Assembly: GCA_973895155.1 (NCBI GenBank)
Contig: OZ316896.1
Coordinates: forward strand, 1,736,001-1,800,000
From: Marsupella aquatica
Taxonomy: Eukaryota > Plantae > Marchantiophyta
Direction of reading: 5' to 3'
DNA length: 64,000 bases
Shown here: positions 13,401 to 26,489 of the stretch, piece by piece
Layout of the letters: each line of letters starts with the position of its first letter
How positions within the stretch are numbered: position 1 is the first letter of the stretch
Position numbers and translations under genes: made by a program
Notes under the pieces: model-generated
Databases searched by the model: none
What the model was told of the DNA's origin: nothing
The model's input: only the letters and a program-made list of their open reading frames with translations

Positions 13401-14389
13401 CAAAATGCAGAGAATTTTCAAGTTGTGGGTATCCTCTCTTAGACTACTACCATCAGGTTTTGCTAAATTCATGAAGAGCCATTAGCCTGTTTTGGCTAGT
13501 TACTAGTCTCGATTGAAGGAAGGCCCCAACAAGAATAATAACAGGTTGGATGTGTTGGGTGATGTGTGAACAGATGAATTGGGTTAAAACTAACAACAAT
13601 TGGTTTCCTATATGACCCGCTGTAACTATTTCAGGGCAATGGAGAGCATGCCAAACTAGTTTGCCTAAAGGGAGGTCATCTTATTAGGTGTCACGCATCA
13701 TGTCATAGTTGGCCCACGTGGCTGTCAATTTTTGGAACATGTGTGCACTACAAGGACTTGGGGGTCTCACTATATAGAGGACCCCTATATCACCTGTGAC
13801 GTCTTTAAGACTTTTGACCCCCTACATGTAAGAATTTTTTTTTAATTTTTTCACCTCTATAAAGTTGGAATATTACAAAAATTATTAAATGACCCTGTTC
13901 TTAAAAGAGTCAGATTTGGATTTGAAAGACCATAATATTCTTTTCAAGGAAAGACCATAATATTCTTCCACAAAATTTTTAAGTCTTCCTTGGGAACCAA
14001 TAAATGACCATATTCTTTATCACAAGTGATGTGTCAATTTTGTGGAAGTGAACTCTGATACACTCGTTTTAAGTTAAAGGCCTTAACCTGAGATTATTTT
14101 CACTTATTGGATAGAAAAGTGAGAATGGAGAGCCTAAAGCATACTTTTGGTATCCCTGAAGCTATTATGGGCCAACCTTGAGTTAGGAGTGATGACTTGT
14201 CCGTTGCTATGTCATTGTTGTTTTTGAGTTTTGACTTCCGCTCTTGACCACCCAAGCTTGCCCCAAAGTATCGTCTAGTCAAACTTGGAAGAAATGGAAG
14301 TTTGGGAGTCCAAGTAACACCAATTTTTATCAGTTTTCAAAACAATTTTTTTCATTTTGGTTTAAATTGCTTGTAAAAAATGGATGATC

Positions 14390-14585
14390 TGTCCATAGTA
14401 ACACTAATTGTTGTGTATTTTTTAAATCATTTTTCCCTCTATTTTCCCACTCTTTTGACCATAGTAACACTAATTCATGTGCGCGGAAATAGTGTTAGCA
14501 CAAAATTAGTCTGACTAACACTAATTTGCGAGTAAACCCTGAATATAAACGCTCTTGAATTAGTGTTAGTCACACTAATTATGGT
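14390..14585. repeat. Cluster of AACACTAATT motifs in both orientations (DNA-transposon subterminal-like)
   Basis: At least 5 copies here; related motifs at about 3115-3210. Confidence 0.45.
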
Positions 14586-14671
14586 GAATAATGTATTTTG
14601 TTTAAGGTTGGATTTGAAGAGGTGGGTCTTGTCAAATTCACCTTTTGGAGCTTCACTCCTGAGGATAAGTA

Positions 14672-15240
14672 AGGAGGAAACCCCAAATCAAACTTTGAAT
14701 TACATTCCATATTACTCCCTTCTTTTTACAATGGTAAGTAAAAAGAAGAAGATTAGCAACCCTTGAGTTGTCATGGAATGTTCAATGAATACTAGTATGT
14801 GACTATGATGAATGATATTAGAGAATCAGCAAGGTCTGTGACTAGTTCATATAGAAGATTCATCAAAGAAGGAATTGAAATGTGCACAAAACTCAAATAA
14901 GCAATCTTAAGGATAGTAGGAGAAGTAAACCAATTCGGGTAACTTAGTACCGTTTGGTGACCATAAAGGTGCCTTGGGTTGATTTACATGAAGAGGCTTC
15001 TGAATTCAAGAGATGGAGAGGAATTTCTTTAAGAAATCAAAAAGCATATGCAACATTGTTTACCAAATCTTAAATTAGGTCATAATCCTTGTCGAAGGAT
15101 TGGTGATGGTCGAAATCAATGTCCTTGCAGATTGAAATCTCATGCCTATCTCTCTAATTTGTTTCTTTGGTACTTCTAGTGTTTATTCTTGCACCATGAA
15201 TCTTATGGATTACCCACTTGAGTTTTGTGGTTAAACACTC
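14672..15240 (+). repeat. Diverged direct repeat copy 1 (retroelement 3' non-coding region)
   Basis: Colinear with 21481-22090; shared blocks include AGCAACCCTTGAGTTG, AAGCAATCTTAAGGAT-GTAGGAGAAGTAAACCAATTCG and GGATTACCCACTTGAGTTT. Confidence 0.85.
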
Positions 15241-18129
15241 ATGTTGTGGAAATCATTTTAAATTTTCCCAACTTGAAGAATGTTGATGTAAATTTCTCAA
15301 ATCGTGTGAACTTAGTCTTTTGGATCTCATCCACTCGTGACGGGAACAAAATTGAGTTGTTAAGGAGTAATTTTTTATTTTTCTTCTTATCACCTTGCTG
15401 TATAGGCACATTGAAATACTAATGTTTTCTAGGATAAACATGTTTATAAATGTTTTTGGGAGGAAAATTGGTGGTCGTTAACCCCAAAACAAAACGGAAA
15501 CCACATGACTCAAGTATTAGGATTAACTTTTAGGTCTAGAGTGGGGTCTAGAGTTATGACTCTACCGCAGTTAGGGCTCACCTTAGTCGCAGACTAGGTT
15601 AGGTTAGTCATGTTGTGCACACACTATATCCAAGCGGTATTTGCTTGGATAGTGGGAACTCAGACTCATTGTTACGGAGCCAGTGGAGAGATAGGGAGAG
15701 CTTGTGCTGTGGATATTTGGTATGGCCAGTCGTCCTAGAGTACAGTAAAACTCTTCTGTGTTCTTGTGGACATAGCCTCATGTGGAGGTGAACCACGTAT
15801 CTGTGTGTGTCGATTACTTGATCATTGGATGCAAGGTTGGGTGGTTATGGGCATGCCGTCAGTCAATGCTCAACATCAATCTCAGGTTCTTTATTATCTA
15901 GTCCATTTGATGCCATTTTTAATTGTATTGGACTGGAGTGGAAGAAGTTCTCTTTTTTATTGTTCAATACATGTAGCATGTTGCATGGTATGTGTGTGTA
16001 ATCTAAATGCATGTTTGATGATGGAATGTGTTTTGATTGACTCGTTGATTGGAGATTTTGAATTGTGTTCACTCGGGTTTTTTAATTGTCATTCTCTTGT
16101 TCATTGCAAGATTGAAAGAAGGGGATGATATACATAGTTTGGTGACACTGAAGCTTTCAATCAAGAAGCCATGAAGTACTTATGAAGAGAAAATAGATCC
16201 AAGAGCAGCTCGATACAAGAGAACTCAAATATAGTGGTCATATCATTCATTAGAAAAAATGACCTATGCAAATTAATGGTTATATATCTATATTAAGTAT
16301 GAGTACGACAATGAACACAACTCCTAGAACTTATCTCTCCTCACTTGATGCTCCAATTAATTTTTCTGAAATTTTGATGCTTCATATTGATGTAATATAT
16401 ATATATATATCATCAACAAGACATCAAATAGGTTACTTTGTTTTACCACTCTTTATTTTAAATTTACTTTTCAATTGTTTGATCTATATACTATTAGTGG
16501 GTTTAATTGTTTTTCCTTGCCTTGCATCAAACATGAACAAATTTTGTGTTTCTTTCTTGTTGAAAATATCATTGTTCATGTTTGTGACCAAATGTGATGT
16601 ATGTGGCTGCATGAGGTGCGGGGAATTTTGGAAAGAACTTCCCATGGGAGTCCATAAGAAATACCATTGAGAGGGTTTACAAACAATCCTGGCCATTAAA
16701 GATCAATGCTGATCTTTTAAAGAAAACATGCTGGTCGTTCCACACTATGTTTCCCCTGATACTGCCCAGTGATAAGGACCAAGCACTCCTTGTCCGACCC
16801 TACTATAGTCAACCATGTCTAAGTGCACTACCAACAAGTGCAAACCATGGTTAAGTGCAGTGTAAGTGGTCTTTCCAGAGAAATTCCTGTGGATTTGCAC
16901 TTTCTAGAAGTGCAAGAAAGGGTGACTAGGTAACAAAACTATAAGTTTAAAACATCTCATCTCAAAATGCTATCATTGTTTGATGAAATTTAGACCTGAC
17001 TTAAATACAACTTATTACTTTGTGGAGTGAAATTTGAAGCTGCTTTATGGTGAATCCTCCTCCAAATTTTGTCTTGTTTAGATTTTTTATGTCATGTACT
17101 TTTATTTCAATGTGCCTGATCAAAGGGCATCATTGGTGTTATTTAGATTTTAATTCATTTTTGGGCCCTTTTAGTTTTTGGTATCCTAGAGTATTTTGAA
17201 CTTATTTTGGCAGCCCTCTTAATTTTTAAATTTTTGTTATCTCTTAGATAATATAAAATATAAAAATTGTTCTCATGTGTGAGAGAAATGATTCCAAACA
17301 ACCTGGACACATGTGTTTTAAGTTCCTCTCATGCTATTCTTTCCTAAGTTTATGGTTTTTATTTAGTTGAGTGTCATCATTAAAGTACATTGAACTAGTA
17401 AGTGCACAGATCTTGGTACCTTTATGCCACAGGACTTTACAACATTTCTCACATAGAACTGGACTGTACTTCTCATTCGTCCTTATGTTTTTTTCTTTGC
17501 ATGTGCTCTACTTATACTATTTAATCCCACTCACTCTTTATGTATACAATAGCTCTACTCTCATATTTTATCCTACTTATAGATCAATACAAGACAAAAA
17601 TCAAGCATGTTCCAGGATGAGCATGCTATAATGACTGACAACTGCAACTTCACTCATGCTGCATTTATGGCTGAGTGCACACCATGAATAAGTGCAGGTC
17701 TGACCTGGAAGGAGCTTGTGCCACCTCCAATCTCACACCATAAAACCTAAAGTCCAAGCTATCATCTCCAAAGACTTTGAATGAGTTTGAATTGGAGCAA
17801 AGCATCTTAAAAAATAGTTAGTAGGTAACGAAACAATTTAAGGTCCCTACATGAAGCTAATACACAAACTTTTTACAAAAAAGGGCCAACTGAAGTACAA
17901 AAGAATAAACAAAAGAGGTCCCAAGTGGACAAAACCAGATGCAAAAGAAGGGAGAAAAAGGAAATCCTAAAACCAAGAAAGAGGGACTAAAACTACCGCA
18001 AATGGACCGAGGTCCTCATCATTCCTAGGAAATGTGGCAAAAAGCTAATGGTCCCAATCAAGTGTCAAAACTAAATTGTCAAGTGGGATTGAAATGTCCT
18101 CTAGGGGGCTAGCCACTGCGCAAAGAGGC

Positions 18130-18655
18130 ACACTAGCACCCACTGTTAGTGATCGGCGATAGATGGCCCAAGCTTGAGCACGCTATAAGGTGACTGAAAT
18201 GCGTTGGCAAAAGTGCATGGTCAAAACAGATAGCGGGGGTCCAGTGGGACCCATCTGGCCATGAACATCCCAAGAAGCCCATCGAATTGATGATGGAGAT
18301 GCCCAAATATCTCAAGAGCAAGGGGGAGGAAGCTATCAGATGAAGCTCGTGTAGCATATTTGGCCTCCTTCATTGTTGTCGCTCTTGATGCCGCTGGCCC
18401 TGGGATTGTTGCCACTATCCCAATGATGTCTTGGTGCAATGGGTTTGCCACCACTACATTTGCCAAAGTATGTTGACCTTCATAGACCGTGGTAAGACCC
18501 ACCCATAACCGCTGTGATGGAGGACCAGGTAACTCGAGCACCACCTCCCGCCACACGCAGACCAAAGAGCCAGAGAGAACCTGAGCAGTCCCATCTCTCA
18601 TAGCAACGTGAATAAAAATGGTTTTGCCTCCCAAACTGCACCAAAGAAGATGTGT
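18130..18655 (-). mobile_element. 5'-truncated non-LTR retrotransposon fragment with REL endonuclease (CRE-like)
   Basis: HLLWCSLGGKTIFIHVAMRD (zinc knuckle end plus RHD-like motif), TLANVVVANP, KEAKY, FLPLALEIFG and QRISVTL*RAQAWAI match the C-terminus of restriction-like-endonuclease LINEs; stops and frameshift present. Confidence 0.75.
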
Positions 18656-19521
18656 GAGATAAGGATGTTTATGAAGGAAGGGTTAACTAGCCATAAATTT
18701 TTGAATTTTTAAGTTTAAGATCTCAAATAAGGCTGAAGAGGGACCTGAAGACTACTTTGAAGTGTTATGAGACTTTCAAGCTGATCTGAGGTCAACCCGG
18801 ATTGATATTAGAGAAGGAGGATCGACCCGGAACTTTTTGTTATAAGCCTGGAATGAGATATAAAGCTTATACCGAGACTCTACTCAACAACAGCTGTCCA
18901 TTGCCAAAGTTTTTAAAACCATAAGTCAAACACAGGCACGACCACAGCAGAATCTGGATATGAGGAAGGAGAGTCGATCCGGCCTCTCACACCTCTCAAA
19001 GCCGAACTTAGTAGGTTTTGAGTTCCCGAGCGCATTAGGCTGTTAAAGCAGTAGAGTGAGGAGGTTCTACCCTTTTGGTAGAGGATCTTGGGTCCAGATT
19101 ATAGGACTAATCTTGAATTTCTTGATGAGAGCCTAGATATGAGGGTACTGACTGATTCGTTGTGAGGGGAATGCCTACTCCGCCGCTGGGAGTGAAGGCT
19201 GGAAGTTTGAGATTCTGATCGTGCATACATCGGTGATGAGAATGAAGGCCAGGTCGATCCGGACATCCACATTGCAGGCCCGTTTGAGTCTATCTTCGCC
19301 CCACGTTTGATGCACCTGGATTTTTATTGACGGGATCTTGATCAACGTTTCCAAAAGCTCTTGTCAGTTGATCAGAAATGCCATAGCCAGGTCGACCCGG
19401 ATATTTCTACCATTGGTCGACACCGAAGAGATTGACCATTCTGAAGTCACAGCATTGTAGAGCTCGCCGACGAGGAGGCAGGCCATTTATTTAGAATCCA
19501 CTTTCTGCTTCGATAAGTCCT

Positions 19522-21264
19522 ATGGAGCAAGGGACGGATCCAGCCGGAATGTCCACTTCTCGCATCTCTAAGGGGCATTCAACCTCAACATCACCTGCAC
19601 CTACTCCGTTTAAAGCCCCTGTGAGACGATCAAAGAGAAAGGAGGTCCCTATTGCCATGAAAATTCTGAGGCCAGCTATTCCGGACAGTGAAGCTGAGAA
19701 GGTCAAACTGAGGGAGTCTTTGCTCAGGATGGGCTGTGAGTCTCTGATGGAGCTACCTTGGAGTTATCAGAGCGAAGATATGATCAGAGAGATCCGATCC
19801 AAGGAGTGTCCGGTTGAGTTTAAGGATACCTCCAGAGGCCGACCTGAGCGATGGACTCAGATGATGATTGCAGGAGCTTTTGTATTGGAAGATGAAGGAG
19901 AAGGTCCAGTGGGGAGAGCTGTCAACCTAATCCTTCCTTACTTCAAAAGAGCCATCAACAGTAAGGACGGGTTCAATGTTTCTAAGTGTTTGGATTTTGA
20001 TCTGAGACGAGTCTTCAGCTTTCTGCTACCCCTGCTGTACCCTGAGAAGCCAAGAAGAGTTACTGTTGGAGTTGGCTCTACCATTGTTGCTGCTTACAAG
20101 GGAGAAAGAAAAGTCAACTAGGCTAAGCTTATCTTTGATTTGATAAGGAAGTTGGTACAGAACCTATCCAACAAGAGTCCTACTCCCCTCTCCTGCTACC
20201 TGGTACATCTATATAGCTTTGAAGGAGTTTTGTTCAGAGAGGAGAAGAAATTACTATTGGCCAAGTACAACTTCATCAAGTATGGAGAGACAGATCCAGA
20301 TATCACCCAGGCCACCTCTGATGACAGTGAGGATGAGGAACCAGCAGAGACAAATCCTCGAAAGACCCGGTCTGCTGCCCGGAACCTCGACCCGGACTTT
20401 TCCGACCTGGCCTTCGTCGACCCGGCTGAATGTCCGGATGCACCCGGCCATGCCTCCCAAGACACCCTAGCTGATTTCCAGATCATCTCATACACATTCC
20501 AGAAGGTGAAGAGGAAGACCACTGTGATGGAGAAGGTCATCACCGACATTTCGCAGAAGCTAGGAGTGAAACCATGGCAGATTCTTGAGAAGATCTCCAC
20601 CATGAGTGATACCACAGATAAGAAGAAGTTGGAGAAGGAGAATGAGTTCCTCAAGAAGAAGGTATCTGAACTCAAACAGCAGTTGGAAAGGAGTAAGAAG
20701 AAGAATGAGCTTGAGCATACTCTCCAACTCAGTATCACTCAATCTTTGGATCTGATTGAGCCTTTGACTAAGATAGCTTCTCTGGATCTTCTTAAGGCCC
20801 AAATTTATGATGAGTATTTGGCCAAGAACACCACACCCATCCTTTTCTCCAAGATTAACCATTTAGTGGTAGATGTGAGTACCAAGGTGGATGATGCACT
20901 TACAGGCCTCTCAAAGACCTGTGAAGCCTTAAGGGAGATGAGTGACTTGACTACTGAGGAGCTATTAGCTGATACTGAGATTCCTCCCTTTACTACCAGA
21001 TCTTTCTCTCCTAGTCCTCATGAAGGAGTCTATTCCACTGGCCCCTCATCACCCCTCAACCCTCCTGGTTTCCCCACTCCCAGTACACACTTCCACTCCC
21101 ATTCTTACACCTATTCTCATGACCCAAGTGCCCATCAGGAGAACATGGATATTGACCCGTCCATCCCTTTTACCACTGGCCAGCAAGGAGTTTTCCTTCG
21201 ACCAGAACCCCTTGCCATGGCTAACCCTGAGGAGGTTCCTTCCCAAAAGCTAGGACCAGAATAG
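19522..21264 (+). pseudogene. LTR-retrotransposon accessory ORF (~580 codons) broken by one TAG
   Basis: ORFs 19522-20121 and 20140-21264 are in the same frame; KVN*AKL is likely KVNWAKL (TGG>TAG). Contains FLLPLLYPEKPRRVTV and KSPTPLSCYLVHLY, then an acidic linker and a coiled coil, like TE-borne hypothetical proteins of liverworts. Confidence 0.75.
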
Positions 21265-21480
21265 AGTCATATTTAGAGAGTTAGAGCCACATTAGTTTAG
21301 ACTTAGAAATGGCTATGTAGACTAGTATATGAGTAAGTAGACTCCAGTATTTTGTTGATGTACCCATTGGAGACTCTACTCCATTTTTGACTAGGATAGT
21401 TCACTTTTATTTACATATTTCTTTAGACTTGGGTTTTTGAAGAGGCATGTCTTTTCATAATCTCCACTTCTAGTACAAAA

Positions 21481-22090
21481 GGAGGAGAACCCCAAAGTCA
21501 ACCAGGAGAGAGATGCATTTGATTTCCCCATTTTGATTTTGGAGAAATCTATGTCTTTTCTTCCCTTCTTTTTACCATGGTTGAGTAAAAGGAAGAAGTT
21601 TTAGCAACCCTTGAGTTGTTGTGAAGTGTTCAATGAATGCTAGAGTGTGCCTTATTGATATTGAAAGATCAATGAGATTTGTGATCAATACATTTGGAAG
21701 ATTCACCAAAGAGAAAATTGACATTTACACAAAACTCAAACAAGCAATCTTAAGGATTGTAGGAGAAGTAAACCAATTCGAGTATCCTAGTACCGTCTTA
21801 AGCAAGACCAGAAAAGTGTCCCGGGCTGATTTACATTGTTGTCTTCTAAATTCAAGAGATGGAGAAGAGTTGCTACGAGAAACCAAAAAGCATAGAAAAT
21901 ATTGATGTCTGAATCTTAAATTAGGCCATAATCCTTATTGAAGGAGTGGTGATGGTCAGAAATTCAATTCTCTTGCACTTTGAAAACTCCTATCTACTCT
22001 CTCTCTAGTTTCAATCTTTGTTAATTCTAGTCTTTATTATTGCACTGTGAATCCTAAGGATTACCCACTTGAGTTTGTGGTTAAACACTT
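21481..22090 (+). repeat. Diverged direct repeat copy 2, downstream of the accessory ORF
   Basis: Colinear with 14672-15240. Confidence 0.85.
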
Positions 22091-22649
22091 AAGTTAAGAA
22101 GATCATTAGATATCTCTTCAAATTGTCACTGTTAGATTGTGTGTATTGGGGTGCCCAAGGAGGACCAATTTCCTTGCGAGGCCAGGCAGCTATGGACAAT
22201 TATAGGATACTAGGGATAGTGGTTTGCAGATTTATACCACAAAAGAAAAGAATAAGAATAACATGTTAATATTTAGAAATATGAGGATAGATTTGAGACA
22301 TCTGTACCTATCTGCTTGATTTAATTATGTAGGAAACACACGTATGAAGCATCCATTGGTGGGATTGGTTAGGTTTGTTTTTTATTTTTGTTTTTGACTT
22401 ACTGTTTTTTAATAATGTTGGACGTGTTGTTTTTGGTGTTTTGTTTGGGTTTCCATTGGGCATATCTTTTGCCTTTTGTGAGTGCATGATAATTGTTGTG
22501 GCAAGGTTCAACGTGCACAATGCTTGTTTTGGCCCTCATTTGAACTCTACTTAAATATGTTTGTCACTCATTATACATTCTTTGCATCAATAGTCATATT
22601 TCTTGTTTGCAGGGAGTTTTTTTGCATCAATTTTCCTTTAGCCTTCCTT

Positions 22650-23519
22650 CCTTGATGCCTTTCTAGCCCATTGGCACCTACAATTTTTTGCCCACAATAT
22701 TTTGTGTCGACCTAAGCATTCCACATTGATAGTACCTTTACCAGACTTAAGTGATTGTTTTCTTTCCTCATAAAGGGGAGTGGGAGGGGTGGGAGTGGGA
22801 TGGACAGAAGAACTGTGGAGAAAGGGGAAATAACAAAGGGGACCCACGAGGGCATCCATAGTCTTTTGCCTAGATATTTGTCTGCACCCTATGCCCATCT
22901 GCTTTCCCTTGATCAAATGTTACCCTTGCCAACCGACTCCCTTGCCGCTGCATTGCCGCCTCCCTGATGCGTGGAGGGCAGGAGGGAAGTTGGAGGGAGA
23001 GGAGGAAAGAATTATTAAGTGTTGCACGACCCTGCTTGGAGCTTGCAGTTGTTGTCGACAATCTTCCACTTCCACTTCCATGCCCTCCCAACCAATATCA
23101 CTTTTGCAACAACAACATTGACCAAGGTGATAATGTGATTTTTGCACCAACAACCATGCACCCAACCAAACTAACACTTATGCAACAATCACATGGCTGC
23201 AATGACAACCCAATTCAAATGACATTTGACTTTCACAACCATGACACACCCGCAATGACAATCAAACCACAAGCTCATTTAGAAGTCTGGAATGGGTAAT
23301 AATACTTGCTTAGATCCCTTCACCTTACGCCTACGACACTTCTTGCCCTCAATGACTCCTTCCACAACATCTTTTGCACAATGACATGTTTAGCGCAATG
23401 ACATATTGTACACACCATCATCTTTTTTTCATTGACATCTTTTGTATAACAACATCATTTGTGCAACAATATCTTTCACACAACAACGTCTTTTGTGCAA
23501 CATACAAGTATTGAGCCAG
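22650..23519 (+). mobile_element. Decayed non-autonomous Helitron of the same family as 62150-63859 (left boundary uncertain)
   Basis: Ends TTTTGTGCAACATACAAGTATTGAGCCAG|T versus TTTTGTGCAACGCATGGGTATTGAGCTAG|T in the other copy; preceded by ACATCTTT-type subrepeats and a similar G-rich block. Confidence 0.55.
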
Positions 23520-24666
23520 TTCTAATTAATTTGATCTTTCCAAACTGTAGTATGGAGGCCATTGCATGGACTGAATACCAGAGAGACCCACTATGAACCT
23601 TCTATGCCTAGTCAAGTGCATGTGTACATGTCATATTTGGAACATAAAAAAATGATGTGTGATGTGCATTTATATTTATGTCGCGCCCCTAACCTGGGCC
23701 TTAAATCCAGTTTAGTTCCATGGGGCGACTTTGACCAGTAGTCGGGGTGAAGGTTCGGGCAAGGAGGTGTGTAGTGGCCTCGATTAGCCCTAAGTCGGGC
23801 TAAGGCAATATACTTACGAGTATAATACTCACGCAACTCGTACTAGTCATAAGTATATTTGTTTTCCACCACTGGAATATTTCCACAGTTAGTGACTCGG
23901 ACTAACTCCCGGCTTGGGGCTTTCAAGCCATCGACGCGACAGAACCTTGTGACATGCAATGGGTGACAATCCCTACCATTAGTTCGCACCCGGTATGTCC
24001 CTTGAAATGGCGCCTTTGCCCAGACAAAGCATACACACAACACCAGTTACTCGCGGAAACATTAGAGGGAAAAGACTACATTTACTCAGCGAAGAATCAG
24101 TTTACATAGTTGACTCGACTTCTAAGGGGGTCAGCACGCCCAACGGCAGTTGATGCCCAGTCTCTACGAGGCCTCGCCCCGCACTTGCCCAACAAGCTCG
24201 ACTCTGGCTCTCACTCCTTGGTGCGCTCTGACCCTGCTCAGGCCGGGACTCCCCGTGCCTCGCCTTTCCTTACGCTGAGATAACTACGCCTTCTCCCTTT
24301 CCCACAGCGGAAGGGAGAGCCTAAATACTATGGTTCCGGAAAGGAACCGGAAGATACTACCTTCCGTAGGTAATGCCTACTGACTAACTACCCTCTAATT
24401 AGCCGGCCGCACTCCTCTGACCGGTTGACCGTTGACGACAAGGGCGCTGACCAGAATGACAACAGCTAAGTCTACTGACCAAAATCTAGTCCGTTGATGG
24501 ACTCTATCCTATGTTGGCTGATCCTAACTGATCCGGTCCTAATTCTTCCTACTGTGCCGCTAATCGGTGCCTAATGACAGCTATTCTATCGTTACGCCTA
24601 ACCAGAAGATGCCGCTGACTCAACCGCCTTGCGCGGCGCCTACTTCCTCCCTTCGCTAACCACCCC

Positions 24667-25585
24667 TTACGTGCGAGCCGTGGTCGGACCAGGGTTTGTC
24701 CCTCTGTCGGGGCGAGACCTCGAGCCGCCTTGATCAGAGGTGGGCCCAGGTCTTCCCCGCTGGAGGACGAGCAGGGTAATGCGGTCCTGTAAGACCTTGT
24801 TGTCCCGCACCGCCTCCTCAACCTTGTTTGCAGCTTCATCGGCCTCTGTCTGGAGCCGTGCTATCTCCAGGTTGAGCTGGTTAATGGAGTCGCGATGGGT
24901 CTGGTCCTGCATCAGCAATTTATCCCGTTCGGCGGAGAGACTAGCTCCCTGCTAAGCCGCTTGTAGGAATTGGTTGTTGAGGTTGGTCAGGTTGGTAACC
25001 CGAGCTGAGGATTCCGAGCGCAACTGAAGCACGGTGTCGTCCAGCTTCTTGAGATCCGCTTGCGCCTTGCTTAACTCCTGGGTTAGTCCGTATGAAGTTA
25101 AGCCGCTCCATGCAGATTAAGTTGGTGCACGACCCCTGCTTGTATCCGTTGTCCGTCTTACCTTCGTGTTTGAAGTGCCGAGGTGTATACTCCTTATCCC
25201 AAATTCAGAGTTCAACCGGCACCGGCCCGATTGGCAGGCAGAAGATCTGTGCTAACCGATGCTCCGTGAGTGATAAGGTCTGCCCTGAAACCTTAGTGGT
25301 CGATGCGTCGGTGTCGAAATTGGAGATGAACTCACAAATCTCCTTTGGCCCAGCCGCGCACGGTCTCCATAGCAAGTGAGCGAACTGCTCCAACTGATGC
25401 TCCTTGAGATAGTCCGCGTGGTCGACTTTCTTGATTGTGATCCAAACTACCTCGGGAATGCGGATTACCTGTAATAAGTTAGACTTGGGATTATCCGGGG
25501 GCCGTCGGGTCTGGTTGGCCAGGGGGTTTGTCGGGGCAGGTGCAGGAGAGATGCTGGTTTGTGTTGTCGATTCGGGGGCCGACAT
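24667..25585 (-). pseudogene. Element-borne ORF-B: plant-transposon-protein-like N-domain plus coiled coil, disrupted
   Basis: ICEFISNF..KVSGQTLSLT..LAQIFCLP, a TGA, then HFKHEGKTDNGYKQGSC; frame jump near 25085; coiled coil LTQELSKAQADLKKL...QLNLEIARLQ with one TAG. Confidence 0.65.
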
Positions 25586-26196
25586 CGTTCTTGCCTGCTT
25601 ACGAGAACATTGCTCGAGATGCGGACTAACTCGCTGTTGTTCATAGGACGGACTTGGGACCGGTTTGGTGGTACGTCGGTGGTCATCGGCTGAGGTGCTG
25701 GTGGTGTTGGTGTAGCCATATCCCAGTTGAAGGCGTTGGAGCTTTCCTCGAGGAATGTAAGATTACGCGACGCTTCCCGTTGTCTGCTGATGTCTTCTTG
25801 GCGCTTTTCGGCTGCAATCTGCTGGTCTAGGTACCCCGGGATCTTGTCGAACTCTGCTTGAGTAAGCCGCTGGCTGCCCTTCAGCCTAAAGAACTTTGCG
25901 GGGACTTCAAGAATTGCCTCTGCTACCGATCTAAGCCCTTCCTCGTTGAGATATAGCTCGGTGATGTAGTCTCGCAGCTCGTTGTAGCTGGAATCTCTGG
26001 TGATGGCTGTCTTCTCGCAATTAACCTGTGCTACCTTGGCCACCAGCTTTGCGTATCTTCGTTCATAAGCGGCTTTCTCGGGACAAGAGTACCAGTAAGT
26101 CTCGGAGAACTTAGCACCCACCTTGCCAAACAAGGTCCAAAATCCCAAGGCTGTAAGGGTCATACTAACCTTTGTAGTCCGGTTCGTCGAGTCCAC
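25465..26196 (-). CDS. Element-borne hypothetical ORF-A (243 aa; probable ATG at 26163)
   Basis: Open frame with helical, charged composition inside the TG...CA element; no family recognised. Confidence 0.5.
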   Translation of the reverse strand: MDSTNRTTKVSMTLTALGFWTLFGKVGAKFSETYWYSCPEKAAYERRYAKLVAKVAQVNCEKTAITRDSSYNELRDYITELYLNEEGLRSVAEAILEVPAKFFRLKGSQRLTQAEFDKIPGYLDQQIAAEKRQEDISRQREASRNLTFLEESSNAFNWDMATPTPPAPQPMTTDVPPNRSQVRPMNNSELVRISSNVLVSRQERCRPPNRQHKPASLLHLPRQTPWPTRPDGPRIIPSLTYYR

Positions 26197-26489
26197 GTTC
26201 CTGCTGTTCGGTCCGCTTACTGGTGGAGGCCTTCCTCACCCTGACTAAATCTCGCCACAACCCGCTCTTATCCCTCGATGATTTCCTCGTAAAGGTCAGC
26301 TTGATTCGAGCAAGAAGGCGAGAAAATGGTAGCGTCCGCAAATTCCAAAAGGTAGAAATGAGCAAATGGCCCACAACGCCATCGACTCCTCTCTTATGGA
26401 GGTGCCAGGGTGAGCTCGAGCGTGAGAGGGCCAGGCCGTTTTGGTCGTTGATAATGAGCTGAAGTCGGCGTCTCAGTCCAAGCGTGATT

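Noticed and set aside
16740-17720. AAGTGCA-rich segments as a CACTA element
   Set aside because: No matching terminal TAGTG or 3-bp TSD identified.
20196-20738. 180-aa antisense ORF and similar antisense ORFs over CNGC and CLU exons
   Set aside because: Shadow frames of real coding sequence on the opposite strand.
14672-22090. The two ~570-bp direct repeats as paired LTRs of one intact element
   Set aside because: Visibly diverged with indels, no TG...CA ends or TSD found, and no gag-pol between them; more likely remnants of two related elements.
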